Shown: positions 8,555 through 17,099 of the stretch, one piece after another
Layout of the letters: each line of letters begins with the position of its first letter
Numbering within the stretch: the stretch's first letter is position 1
From: a bacterium
Lineage (GTDB): Bacteria; Bacillota_I; Bacilli_A; RF39; UBA660
Direction of reading: 5' to 3'
NCBI GenBank assembly: GCA_029007115.1
Contig: JAQXHG010000009.1
Coordinates: forward strand, 246-64,245
DNA length: 64,000 nucleotides
The notes under the pieces: generated by a model
Databases searched by the model: none
What the model was told of the DNA's origin: nothing
The model's input: the letters and a program-made list of their open reading frames with translations, nothing else
Position numbers and translations under genes: made by a program

Positions 8555-9604
8555 ATGAAAGCAAGTATTTTATACGGAAATGAAGATTTACGATATGAAG
8601 AATGTGAAATTCCAAAATTAGAAGATGGTAATGTTAAAATAAAGGTGTGCATGAGTGGTATTTGCGGTTCAGATATTCCTAGAGTATTAAAAAATGGTGC
8701 ACATTTTTATCCACTTATTTTAGGACATGAATTTTCTGGAATTGTAGATGAAGTAGCTAGTGATGTTAAAGATTTAAAAGTAGGAGATCATGTTGTAGGA
8801 ATTCCCCTAATTCCTTGTATGAAATGTGAAGACTGTAATAATGGAAATTATTCCTTATGTAAACATTATGATTTTATTGGTTCTAGGAGAAATGGAAGTA
8901 ATGCCGAGTATGTTGTATTACCAAAAGAAAATGTGTATAAAATTAGTAATAGTATTCCATTTGAGCAAGCAGCTATGTTTGAACCTGCAACAGTAGCAAT
9001 GCATGCTGTAAAATTATTAAATTTTGAAAAAGGAAAGACAGTTGCTATTTTAGGTGCCGGTACAGTTGGTGGTTTTGTTACACAAATTGTTAAAGCTTTA
9101 GGAGCTTCAACAATCGTTTCATTTGGTCGTAATCCTAAAAAATTAAAACTTGCAAGTAAATTAGGAGCAACAAATGTTTTTTCTACTTTAGAAGAAGATT
9201 TTATATTAAAATCTAAAGAATTAACAAATGGTAGAGGATTTGATTATGTATTTGAAACAGCTGGTTCAGTAGATACTATGAAATACGCTTATGAATTAGT
9301 AGGTAATAAAGGAAAGGTCTGTCTTATTGGTACACCTACATCTAATTTAGAATTTACTCCTAAACTATGGGAAAATTTAAATAGAAAAGAATTTATACTA
9401 ACTGGTTCATGGATGTCATACTCTTATCCATTTCCAGGGGATGAATGGAAAGAGATTGAATCCATGTTTGCTGATGGAAGATTAAAATACTATCCAGAAA
9501 TGATATATAAAATTTTTGATTTAAAAGATGCTTATAAAGCCTTTGAAATGTATAAAAATGGTAAAGTTGAAGGAAAAATTTTGTTAAAGTGTAGCAAAGA
9601 CTAA
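8555..9604 (+). CDS. gatD: Zn-dependent medium-chain dehydrogenase resembling galactitol-1-phosphate 5-dehydrogenase
   Basis: GICGSDIPRVLKNGAHFYPLILGHEFSG, YDFIGSRRNGSNAEYV and GSWMSYSYPFPGDEW closely mirror my recollection of E. coli GatD. The Cys cluster CMKCEDC is the structural Zn site. Confidence 0.8.
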   Translation: MKASILYGNEDLRYEECEIPKLEDGNVKIKVCMSGICGSDIPRVLKNGAHFYPLILGHEFSGIVDEVASDVKDLKVGDHVVGIPLIPCMKCEDCNNGNYSLCKHYDFIGSRRNGSNAEYVVLPKENVYKISNSIPFEQAAMFEPATVAMHAVKLLNFEKGKTVAILGAGTVGGFVTQIVKALGASTIVSFGRNPKKLKLASKLGATNVFSTLEEDFILKSKELTNGRGFDYVFETAGSVDTMKYAYELVGNKGKVCLIGTPTSNLEFTPKLWENLNRKEFILTGSWMSYSYPFPGDEWKEIESMFADGRLKYYPEMIYKIFDLKDAYKAFEMYKNGKVEGKILLKCSKD

Positions 9605-9621
9605 AATTATACAAATATAAT

Positions 9622-9656
9622 AAAACCTTGATTTTAAAAATAAGAATCAAGGTTTT
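9622..9656 (+). terminator. Intrinsic terminator
   Basis: A 12-bp perfect stem joins AAAACCTTGATT and AATCAAGGTTTT. Confidence 0.65.
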
Positions 9657-9710
9657 GCTATATATAAATAAAAATTTAGTTGTGACAAAATTCCTTTTAG
9701 AAGTATTAAT

Positions 9711-9751
9711 ATGATATAAAAACATGATTCTTAATCATGTTTTTATATCAT
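9711..9751 (-). terminator. Perfect 19-bp inverted repeat overlapping the 3' end of the small minus-strand gene
   Basis: ATGATATAAAAACATGATT, loop CTT, AATCATGTTTTTATATCAT. Confidence 0.5.
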
Positions 9752-10030
9752 ATAGAAGTTTTCATCAACGGAAGTATTCATATTTTCTAATTTTTGAAGT
9801 CTAGTATCTAAGTTTTTAACTTGTCTTTCTAATTTACTAATTCTATCTTCATAATCATTTTCACTTATAGTATTTGGGTTATAAGTATTGTTTGGCATTA
9901 CACCTGGTGCTAAATTTGGTCCATATGCTTGATATTGTGTATTTACATTATATCCACTTGGAGGAATAACCGCACCTGGAGCCATATAGCCTTGATTAAC
10001 ATTTTGATAAAACATATCTCTTTCTTTCAT
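9743..10030 (-). CDS. Small protein with a P/N/Y/Q-rich N-terminal half and a coiled-coil C-terminal half; function unknown (possibly spore- or envelope-associated)
   Basis: The ATG at 10030 is preceded by AGGTGA. The ORF-track GTG at 10039 lies inside that SD. Confidence 0.6.
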   Translation of the reverse strand: MKERDMFYQNVNQGYMAPGAVIPPSGYNVNTQYQAYGPNLAPGVMPNNTYNPNTISENDYEDRISKLERQVKNLDTRLQKLENMNTSVDENFYMI

Positions 10031-10102
10031 AAAATTCACCTATAATAATATATGACAAAAGTCGTTTCTTAGTGTATAATATATTTTTGGAAGTGATAAT
10101 GT

Positions 10103-10720
10103 ATGAGACTTAAGCATATAAAAAATGCAGATATAATAATAAGTGAATCAGAGTATATTGTAAATAATCCAACTGAGTATAGGGGTAAATGGAATAAATT
10201 ATTTAATAACGATAATAAAATAGAAATTGAAATTGGTACTGGAAAGGGAAAATTTATAATAAATAAAGCACTAGAAAATAAAAATATTAATTATATTGGT
10301 GTAGAAAAGTATGATAGTCCTTTAGTTAGTGCAGTAAAGAAGTTAGATCAACTTGATATCAATAATCTAAAATTAATTTGTTTTGATGCTATTAATATAG
10401 ATGAGATATTTGATCATGAAATAGATAAAATATATTTAAATTTTTCTGACCCATGGCCAAAGAAAAGACATGCTAAAAGAAGATTAACATCTAAAGTATT
10501 TTTAAGTAAATATGAAAATGTATTTAAAAATGAAAAACATATTCAGATGAAAACAGATAATGATGATTTATATACTTATTCTCTTGAGAGTTTTAAAGAA
10601 AATGGTTATGAAATAAAAGAAACAAATACTAATTATTTTGATAGTATTACTACAGAGTATGAGGATAAATTTATTAGTATTGGTAAAAATATCAATTATA
10701 TAGATGTTGTTAAAAAGTAA
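10103..10720 (+). CDS. trmB: tRNA (guanine-N7)-methyltransferase
   Basis: FSDPWPKKRHAKRRL motif and a SAM-binding EIGTGKG loop. Confidence 0.9.
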   Translation: MRLKHIKNADIIISESEYIVNNPTEYRGKWNKLFNNDNKIEIEIGTGKGKFIINKALENKNINYIGVEKYDSPLVSAVKKLDQLDINNLKLICFDAINIDEIFDHEIDKIYLNFSDPWPKKRHAKRRLTSKVFLSKYENVFKNEKHIQMKTDNDDLYTYSLESFKENGYEIKETNTNYFDSITTEYEDKFISIGKNINYIDVVKK

Positions 10721-10753
10721 AAAATTTGCTATACTTTGTAAGTAGGAGTTAAT

Positions 10754-11383
10754 ATGATTAAGAAGATATTAATTATAATTTGTGTGTTTTTCTTATTTGG
10801 ATGTGAAAGTACAAATATAAATAATATGACTTTAGAAGAAATTGTTAATAAACAAATATCTTTAGAACCATCAAATACTACAGTGAATAGAAAAGGATAT
10901 AAATATTATTTACCACAAGAATTTAGTGTAAAAGAAGATGATGATTATGTTCAAAAACTTATATCAAATAATAATATATATTATTTGAATATAGATATTG
11001 TTAGCTATTATTATAAAAATAATATGGATACTATTCATGAACTTGACGATTATGAGTATTATGAATTTGGTGATACTGATAAGTCTGGTTATTTAAGAAT
11101 TACTAAAAATAATGAGAATTTTTTTGTTGAGTTGTGTTATAATTATGCTATAATAGAGGTAGAGGTAGAAGAGAGTAATCTTAGATATGCTATATCTAGG
11201 GCAATAACAATATTAAATTCAATAAAATATAATGATTTAGTTATTGAAAAATACATTACTGATAATGATGTAGATACAAGTGAAACTATATATAAAATAC
11301 CTGAGCCTAAAAATAAAGATAATTCTAAAAATATTCTTGAGTATATTGAAAGTGATTTAGAAGATACAGATGATAATGAATAA
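10754..11383 (+). CDS. Lipoprotein of unknown function
   Basis: Signal peptide with lipobox LFGC (ILIIICVFFLFGCES). Confidence 0.7.
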   Translation: MIKKILIIICVFFLFGCESTNINNMTLEEIVNKQISLEPSNTTVNRKGYKYYLPQEFSVKEDDDYVQKLISNNNIYYLNIDIVSYYYKNNMDTIHELDDYEYYEFGDTDKSGYLRITKNNENFFVELCYNYAIIEVEVEESNLRYAISRAITILNSIKYNDLVIEKYITDNDVDTSETIYKIPEPKNKDNSKNILEYIESDLEDTDDNE

Positions 11384-11398
11384 GAAAGAGGTGTAAAC

Positions 11399-12262
11399 AT
11401 GGGCGTTTTTAGTAAACTTAAAGGAATTTTTTATGATGAGATAGTTATTGAAGATAAAGATGAAGAACTTGAAAAAGTAGATAAAATTGTTAAAAAAGAA
11501 TCTCAGGAAATAAAACCAAAAGTAGAAAAAATAAACTTTACTCCCATTGAAGAAACAAATTTTAAAGAAGAACCGATTAAAGAAAATAAGCAAGAAAATA
11601 CATTTAGTGAAAGAGAATTATTTAGAAGTGAGAGAACATTTAATTTTACTGAATTCGATGATGATGAAGATGAAAAGCTTCCTCCAAGAAAGAACATTTT
11701 AGACATTGAAAATAATAGTAGAAATTCAAGAGTAAATGATATAAAACCTCAAGTAACAGAGCCTAAAGTATTTAAACCAAGTCCTATTATTTCACCAATT
11801 TATGGTATTTTAGATAAAGATTATAAAAGGGAAGAAATAAAAGAAAAAACTATAGTTAGAGAAACTGCTAGTGATACTACAAAATCAAAGATTACAACAT
11901 ATGATACAGTAAGAAGAAAAGCATATGGTACTTTAGAAGATGATTTAGAAGATACACTAAATACAGTAAATTCTATAACTACTAGTCAGATAAAAGAAGA
12001 AGTATATAAAAAAACAAATGAAGAAAACCAAAGTGAAAGTAAAAAAGCAAAAATAAAAGATTTAATTAGTAAAATAGAAGATGTTAGTGATGAAATAGAT
12101 AAAATTGATACATCTCTTTCAATAGGCGATTTAGAAGATAATGTTAAGTTAGATGATTTTAATACAGAGGAAATAGTAACAGATAAGACAATGACAGATA
12201 GTACTTTAGAACATGATTTATTTAATTTAATTGATTCAATGTATGATGATAAGGAGGAATAA
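11399..12262 (+). CDS. Highly acidic, low-complexity protein with an N-terminal amphipathic helix (MGVFSKLKGIF); function unknown
   Basis: SD AGAGGTG. The ORF is long with strong E/D/K bias and no TM segment. Confidence 0.65.
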   Translation: MGVFSKLKGIFYDEIVIEDKDEELEKVDKIVKKESQEIKPKVEKINFTPIEETNFKEEPIKENKQENTFSERELFRSERTFNFTEFDDDEDEKLPPRKNILDIENNSRNSRVNDIKPQVTEPKVFKPSPIISPIYGILDKDYKREEIKEKTIVRETASDTTKSKITTYDTVRRKAYGTLEDDLEDTLNTVNSITTSQIKEEVYKKTNEENQSESKKAKIKDLISKIEDVSDEIDKIDTSLSIGDLEDNVKLDDFNTEEIVTDKTMTDSTLEHDLFNLIDSMYDDKEE

Positions 12263-12264
12263 AA

Positions 12265-12561
12265 ATGGCTGAAGCGTTAATAATAACAATATATTGCTTG
12301 TTAATTGCATTAATTATTGTAGCTATTATTTGTGGAGTTAAATTAATATTTACATTAAATAAAGTTGATGCACTTGTTGATGATGTAACTATTAAAGTTA
12401 AAAGTCTTGATAAAGTATTTGAAATAATTGATTTTACTACAAGTAAGATGTCTATGATTAGTGAAATTGTCATAAGTTTTATTAATGGTGGTTTTAAAAA
12501 ATTATTTGGTAAATCTAAAAAAACAAAAAAATCAAAAAAGGAGGATGAAATTAATGAGTAA
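12265..12561 (+). CDS. DUF948-type small membrane protein
   Basis: A single N-terminal TM segment followed by a coiled region, located directly upstream of a YtxH-like gene as in Bacilli. Confidence 0.7.
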   Translation: MAEALIITIYCLLIALIIVAIICGVKLIFTLNKVDALVDDVTIKVKSLDKVFEIIDFTTSKMSMISEIVISFINGGFKKLFGKSKKTKKSKKEDEINE

Positions 12562-12961
12562 AAAAGGTGGATTTGGAAAATTTTTAGGAGGATTAGCAGT
12601 TGGTGCTGGTCTTGGAGTATTACTTGCTCCAGATAAAGGAGAAAATACAAGAAAGTTATTAGCTAAGAAATTAGAAGAATTATCTAAAAAATTAAAAGAA
12701 GTTGATCTTGATGAAGTTAAAGATGAACTGTTATATAAAGTTGAAACTTTACAAGCACAACTTGCTGATTTAGATAAAGAAAAAGCAAAAGAAATAGTTG
12801 CTGAAAAAAGTGAAGAAATTAGAAAGAAAGCAGAAGAATTATATAAATATGCTATTGAAAAAGGAACACCAGTAGTTGAGAAGGCTGCTGATGAGGTTAG
12901 AGTTCAAGCATTAAAAGTAGTTAAAGAAGCACAAAAAAGATTAGAAGCAAAAGAAAAATAG
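12554..12961 (+). CDS. YtxH-like protein
   Basis: MSKKGGFGKFLGGLAVGAGLGVLLAPDKGENTRK. The start at 12554 has GGAGGA 8 nt upstream; the longer ORF-track start at 12485 is rejected. Confidence 0.8.
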   Translation: MSKKGGFGKFLGGLAVGAGLGVLLAPDKGENTRKLLAKKLEELSKKLKEVDLDEVKDELLYKVETLQAQLADLDKEKAKEIVAEKSEEIRKKAEELYKYAIEKGTPVVEKAADEVRVQALKVVKEAQKRLEAKEK

Positions 12962-12989
12962 ATTTAAAATGTTGAAGAAATATTATTAA

Positions 12990-13165
12990 ATCCCTTATAT
13001 AAGTGATTCTAGGATAGTGTAAACTAGATTATAATATTTAATAATTCCTATCTTCATTTACAGGTGAATTAAAAGTTCACACGGGAAAACCGTTATATAA
13101 TTAAGAAAAAATAAGGATGGTACCGTTGTTTATGCAACTCCTTTAGTGCCGTCCTTTTTATTAGG
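12990..13165 (+). promoter_or_regulatory. T-box leader (proline-specific) controlling proS
   Basis: The T-box core AAGGATGGTACCGTTG lies at ~13113-13128. The terminator arm is AAGGATGG...CCGTCCTTTTTATT. The candidate specifier is CCT followed by A at 13047-13050, and an AGTGA GA-motif lies near 13003. Confidence 0.8.
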
Positions 13166-13174
13166 AGGAGAATT

Positions 13175-14596
13175 ATGAAAAATGAAAAAATTACATCTAG
13201 AAGCGAAGATTTTGCAAAGTGGTATACTGATGTAGTAAAAGCTGCCAAACTTGCTGATTATTCTTCAGTTAAGGGATGTGTAATTTTAGAACCTAATGGT
13301 TATGCTATATGGGAAAGTATGCAAAGAATCTTAGATGATATGTTTAAAAAAACGGGTCATAAAAATGTATCACTTCCTGTTTTTATACCAGAAAATCTAT
13401 TACAAAAAGAAGGTGAATTAGTCGCAGGATTTGCTCCTGAAGTAGCTTGGGTAACTCATGGTGGAAGTAATAAATTAGAAGATAGATTAGCCATTAGACC
13501 AACAAGTGAATCACTATTTTCAGATTATTATTCAAAGAAAGTAAAGTCTTATAAAGATTTACCACTTTTGTATAATCAATGGTGTAATGTTGTTAGATGG
13601 GAAAAAGAAACAAGACCTTTTCTTAGAAGTAGAGAATTTTTATGGCAAGAAGGACATACTGTTCATAGTACTAAAGAAGAGGCTGAAGCAGAAACAAATA
13701 GAATGCTAGATATATACAAAGAGTTTTTTGAAAAATATTTAGCAATACCAGTATTGACAGGAAGGAAGACAGAAAAAGAGAAATTCGCTGGTGCTGAGTA
13801 TACCCTTACGGTTGAAGCGTTAATGCAAAATGGAGTATGTTTACAGTCTGGAACTAGTCATTATTTTGGACAAAAGTTTGCTAAGGCTTATGATGTTAAA
13901 TTTGTTAATAAAAATAATGAATTTGATTATGCGTATCAAACATCTTGGGGAGTTAGTACAAGAATGATAGGTGGATTAATTATGACTCATTCTGATGATA
14001 GAGGACTAGTTTTACCGCCAAAAATCGCACCTATTCAAGTTATAATTATTCCAATTAAGAATGATGATAAATTAATATCAATAGCTAATAAAATTAAAGA
14101 AAGTTTAAATAATAAAGATATAACAGTTTCAATAGATGATAGTGATAAATCAGCTGGATTTAAGTTTGCTGAGGCAGAAGTAAATGGAATACCACTTAGA
14201 ATAGAAATAGGGTATAAAGATTTAGATAATAATGAAGTTACTGTTGTTAGGAGAGATACTCTTGAAAAAATAACAACTAAATTGAATGATGTTACTAATA
14301 CTATAATGCAACAACTAGATGTTATGCAGTTAGAGATGTATAATAAAGCTCTTGAAAATAAAAATAAAAGAACATTTAATGCTAAAACTCTAGATGAGGT
14401 AAGAAATATTCTTGAAAATAACCCAGGATTTATTAATGCTTATTGGTGTGGCAGTGAAGATTGTGAAATTAAAATGAAAGAAATAAAAGGTTGTAAATCA
14501 AGATGCATAAAAGAAACTAAAGAGTATGAAACTGAAACTTGTATAGTTTGTGGTAAAAAAGCTAAACATGAAGTAGTTTGGGGTATTCAGTATTAA
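13175..14596 (+). CDS. proS: Prolyl-tRNA synthetase, archaeal/eukaryote-like type (no INS editing domain; C-terminal Zn-binding domain)
   Basis: 473 aa with class II motifs. The C-terminus is CGSEDCE...CIVCGKKAKHEVVWGIQY. Confidence 0.95.
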   Translation: MKNEKITSRSEDFAKWYTDVVKAAKLADYSSVKGCVILEPNGYAIWESMQRILDDMFKKTGHKNVSLPVFIPENLLQKEGELVAGFAPEVAWVTHGGSNKLEDRLAIRPTSESLFSDYYSKKVKSYKDLPLLYNQWCNVVRWEKETRPFLRSREFLWQEGHTVHSTKEEAEAETNRMLDIYKEFFEKYLAIPVLTGRKTEKEKFAGAEYTLTVEALMQNGVCLQSGTSHYFGQKFAKAYDVKFVNKNNEFDYAYQTSWGVSTRMIGGLIMTHSDDRGLVLPPKIAPIQVIIIPIKNDDKLISIANKIKESLNNKDITVSIDDSDKSAGFKFAEAEVNGIPLRIEIGYKDLDNNEVTVVRRDTLEKITTKLNDVTNTIMQQLDVMQLEMYNKALENKNKRTFNAKTLDEVRNILENNPGFINAYWCGSEDCEIKMKEIKGCKSRCIKETKEYETETCIVCGKKAKHEVVWGIQY

Positions 14597-14661
14597 ATAA
14601 TTTTTAAAATATATTTTATTTAAATATTTTATATGTTACAATTTATATGGAGGTACTTTAT

Positions 14662-14871
14662 ATGTTAATGGATATATTATATATTGTCATTGGATTAATT
14701 ATTGGTGTAGTTGTAGGATTTTTAATAGCAAAAAAACTATTTCAAAAACAACTAAAAGATAATCCCCCTGTAAGTGAGGAAATGATTAAGACTTTAATGA
14801 GAGGAATGGGTAGAAACCCAAGTCAAAAACAAGTTAATCAATTAATGAAACAAATGCAAAAATATCAATAG
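14662..14871 (+). CDS. UPF0154 (YneF-like) small membrane protein
   Basis: A TM helix followed by PPVSEEMIKTLMRGMGRNPSQKQVNQ. The ATG at 14662 has GGAGG 7 nt upstream. Confidence 0.8.
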   Translation: MLMDILYIVIGLIIGVVVGFLIAKKLFQKQLKDNPPVSEEMIKTLMRGMGRNPSQKQVNQLMKQMQKYQ

Positions 14872-14901
14872 AAATATTGATATTTTGTATGTGGAGGAAT
14901 T

Positions 14902-15480
14902 ATGAAGTATTTTTTTAAACATTTATCTACAGTAAATAAACATAAATGGGAAGTATTTAAATTGTGTGTTAAAGTTGGTATACCATTTAGAGGAATAATG
15001 CATGATTTATCAAAATTTTCTTATGAAGAAATAAAAGAATCAGTTAAGTATTATAAAAAATCAAATGGAAAATATAGTCCCCTTGCAGCATGTAAAAGAG
15101 ATATAGGTTATAGTCCTGCTTGGTTACATCATTTTGGTAGAAATAAACATCATTTTGAATATTGGTATGATTATTGTGCTCCAGTTAAAATGCCAATAAT
15201 ACCATTTAAATATATGCTTGAGATGATATGTGATCGAATTGCGGCTTCAAAAACATATAACAAGAAAAATTATAATGATGGTAAAGCATATGAATACTTC
15301 ATGAATAATAAAAAGTATTATAATTTAAATCCACATTTATTAGACTACTTAGAAGAAGTATTTTTAGAATTAAAAAACAAAGGAGAAATTATATTAAATA
15401 AAAAACACTTATATGAATTATATATCAAGTATTCTAGTAGGCAAGAAAAGAAAGATTATAGTAAAATTAAAATAGAATAA
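14902..15480 (+). CDS. Conserved hypothetical protein (resembles the DUF5662 family)
   Basis: HDLSKFS...GYSPAWLHHFGRNKHHFEYW matches my recollection of that family. This was not verified. Confidence 0.55.
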   Translation: MKYFFKHLSTVNKHKWEVFKLCVKVGIPFRGIMHDLSKFSYEEIKESVKYYKKSNGKYSPLAACKRDIGYSPAWLHHFGRNKHHFEYWYDYCAPVKMPIIPFKYMLEMICDRIAASKTYNKKNYNDGKAYEYFMNNKKYYNLNPHLLDYLEEVFLELKNKGEIILNKKHLYELYIKYSSRQEKKDYSKIKIE

Positions 15481-15485
15481 AATAA

Positions 15486-15517
15486 AAATTAGAGGATATC
15501 TCTAATTTTCTTTTTTA
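15486..15517. terminator. Bidirectional terminator between convergent genes
   Basis: AAATTAGAG pairs with CTCTAATTT (9 bp), with T-runs on both sides. Confidence 0.55.
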
Positions 15518-16998
15518 AATTCTATATTATAAATAATACTATTGTAAATATCTTTTTCTTCATTATAATTTATACTTAAGAAATAATAATCTCCAAGATA
15601 TTTATCAATATCCTTAAAAGTACCTATTAGTTCTTGATTTTTATATATTTTTAATTCTCTATTATCATTTAGTGTAAAAGAATATCCATTATTAAAATAT
15701 TCATGTAAAGCATCCATTTCTTTTATTTGTTTTGAGTTAAATAAATCTATATAATATATTTCATTATTTGCTATTGTATATTTAATAGAAGAAATATTAT
15801 CATTTATTAATTCTATCATTACAAAATTATTATTAGTATTTTTATATGGAACTTCAATTGTATATAAGTTATTATAATCTAAATCATAATATGTGATTTT
15901 ACTTTCATTATTTACTTCATCTATTGTATAGAAAAATTTAAGTTCATTATTTTGATTATATAGTGGTTCATAATACTTTTTACTTGTAGTTTGTATTCCA
16001 TTTTTATCAATTATGTAATTATATATTTCATCGTAATTATTAGAAAATAAAGTTAAATATAAATTATCATTATTAACAATATATTTTAAAGCATCAGCAT
16101 TAGTAAAAGAATAGTCTAATTTATAATTAATTATTAACTTATCTTCATAATAAATTCCAATTTTTTTATTTTTTATAAATATAGAATAATTATTTAGATC
16201 TTTATAAAAAATAATATTATCATTATCAAAATCAATAATTACTTCTTGTTTATCATTTATAATTCCATATTTATTATCAATTTTGGCTATAAATTTATTT
16301 TCAGTGATATAAGTTTTTAAATAATCATATTTAAAATTTATAATTATGTTGCCTTGATAATCTATTAGCCCGTATTTATTATCTTGATTTGAAACAATTA
16401 AATAATTATTATTAATATAATCGTTATCAAATTCATTAACATATACAATATTAGTAATGTTACTATCTAATTCTTTTATTTCATCATTATCCAAAGTTAG
16501 AATATAAAATTGTTTATCATTTTCTAATATTAAATGAGTATACTCATTATATCTTTTAATTGGAAATATATTATCATAATGTTCAGATATTATATTGTTT
16601 TTAGTATCTACATAATAGTAATATTCATCATTGTGAATTACTTCATAATCTTTATATTTAGCTCTTTCATTTATAATATATATTGGAAACATTGAACTAA
16701 ATATTGAACCATATTTACCAATAACATAATGAGAAATATTTTCATCATCACTATATAAAATGATTTCATTATTTTCATCTACAGATACTTTATTATCATA
16801 TATTTTATAATTGTTTAGTATAACATAATTATAATCTTCTTTTATTTGTGGTGGTGAAGAGGGCTTACTTTCATTTATATCTTTATTTTTACTTTTAATA
16901 GAAAAAACAAAATATATTCCTAATATTAAAACAGCTAATAAAAGTAGACATGCAAGAATAGTTTTAAATAATAGTTCTTTATTTTCTTCTTTAATCAC
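15502..16998 (-). CDS. Membrane-anchored WG/KWG-repeat protein
   Basis: N-terminal TM segment. Repeats are of the type KYGLIDYQGNIIINFKYDYL and KYGIINDKQEVIIDFDND. The likely GTG start at 16998 follows GAGGTGG; the ORF is open to 17013. Confidence 0.75.
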   Translation of the reverse strand: MIKEENKELLFKTILACLLLLAVLILGIYFVFSIKSKNKDINESKPSSPPQIKEDYNYVILNNYKIYDNKVSVDENNEIILYSDDENISHYVIGKYGSIFSSMFPIYIINERAKYKDYEVIHNDEYYYYVDTKNNIISEHYDNIFPIKRYNEYTHLILENDKQFYILTLDNDEIKELDSNITNIVYVNEFDNDYINNNYLIVSNQDNKYGLIDYQGNIIINFKYDYLKTYITENKFIAKIDNKYGIINDKQEVIIDFDNDNIIFYKDLNNYSIFIKNKKIGIYYEDKLIINYKLDYSFTNADALKYIVNNDNLYLTLFSNNYDEIYNYIIDKNGIQTTSKKYYEPLYNQNNELKFFYTIDEVNNESKITYYDLDYNNLYTIEVPYKNTNNNFVMIELINDNISSIKYTIANNEIYYIDLFNSKQIKEMDALHEYFNNGYSFTLNDNRELKIYKNQELIGTFKDIDKYLGDYYFLSINYNEEKDIYNSIIYNIEFKKEN

Positions 16999-17099
16999 TA
17001 TTAACCACCTCACTATTATATATTAATTATAGCATAATATATTTCATTTTACTTTAAAAAAATATATTTTTAATATATAATTATTTAAGAGAGGTATAC

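Noticed and set aside
9393-9725. 110-aa minus-strand ORF.
   Set aside because: It overlaps the 3' end of the GatD-like gene and runs through two terminator hairpins. It has a low-complexity hydrophobic composition and no SD.
11143-12650. Minus-strand ORFs 11143-11400, 11357-11593, 11503-11706 and 12222-12650.
   Set aside because: They are antisense to well-supported plus-strand genes. They are products of the AT-rich, lysine/glutamate-codon-rich sequence, being F/L/I/S-rich on the opposite strand.
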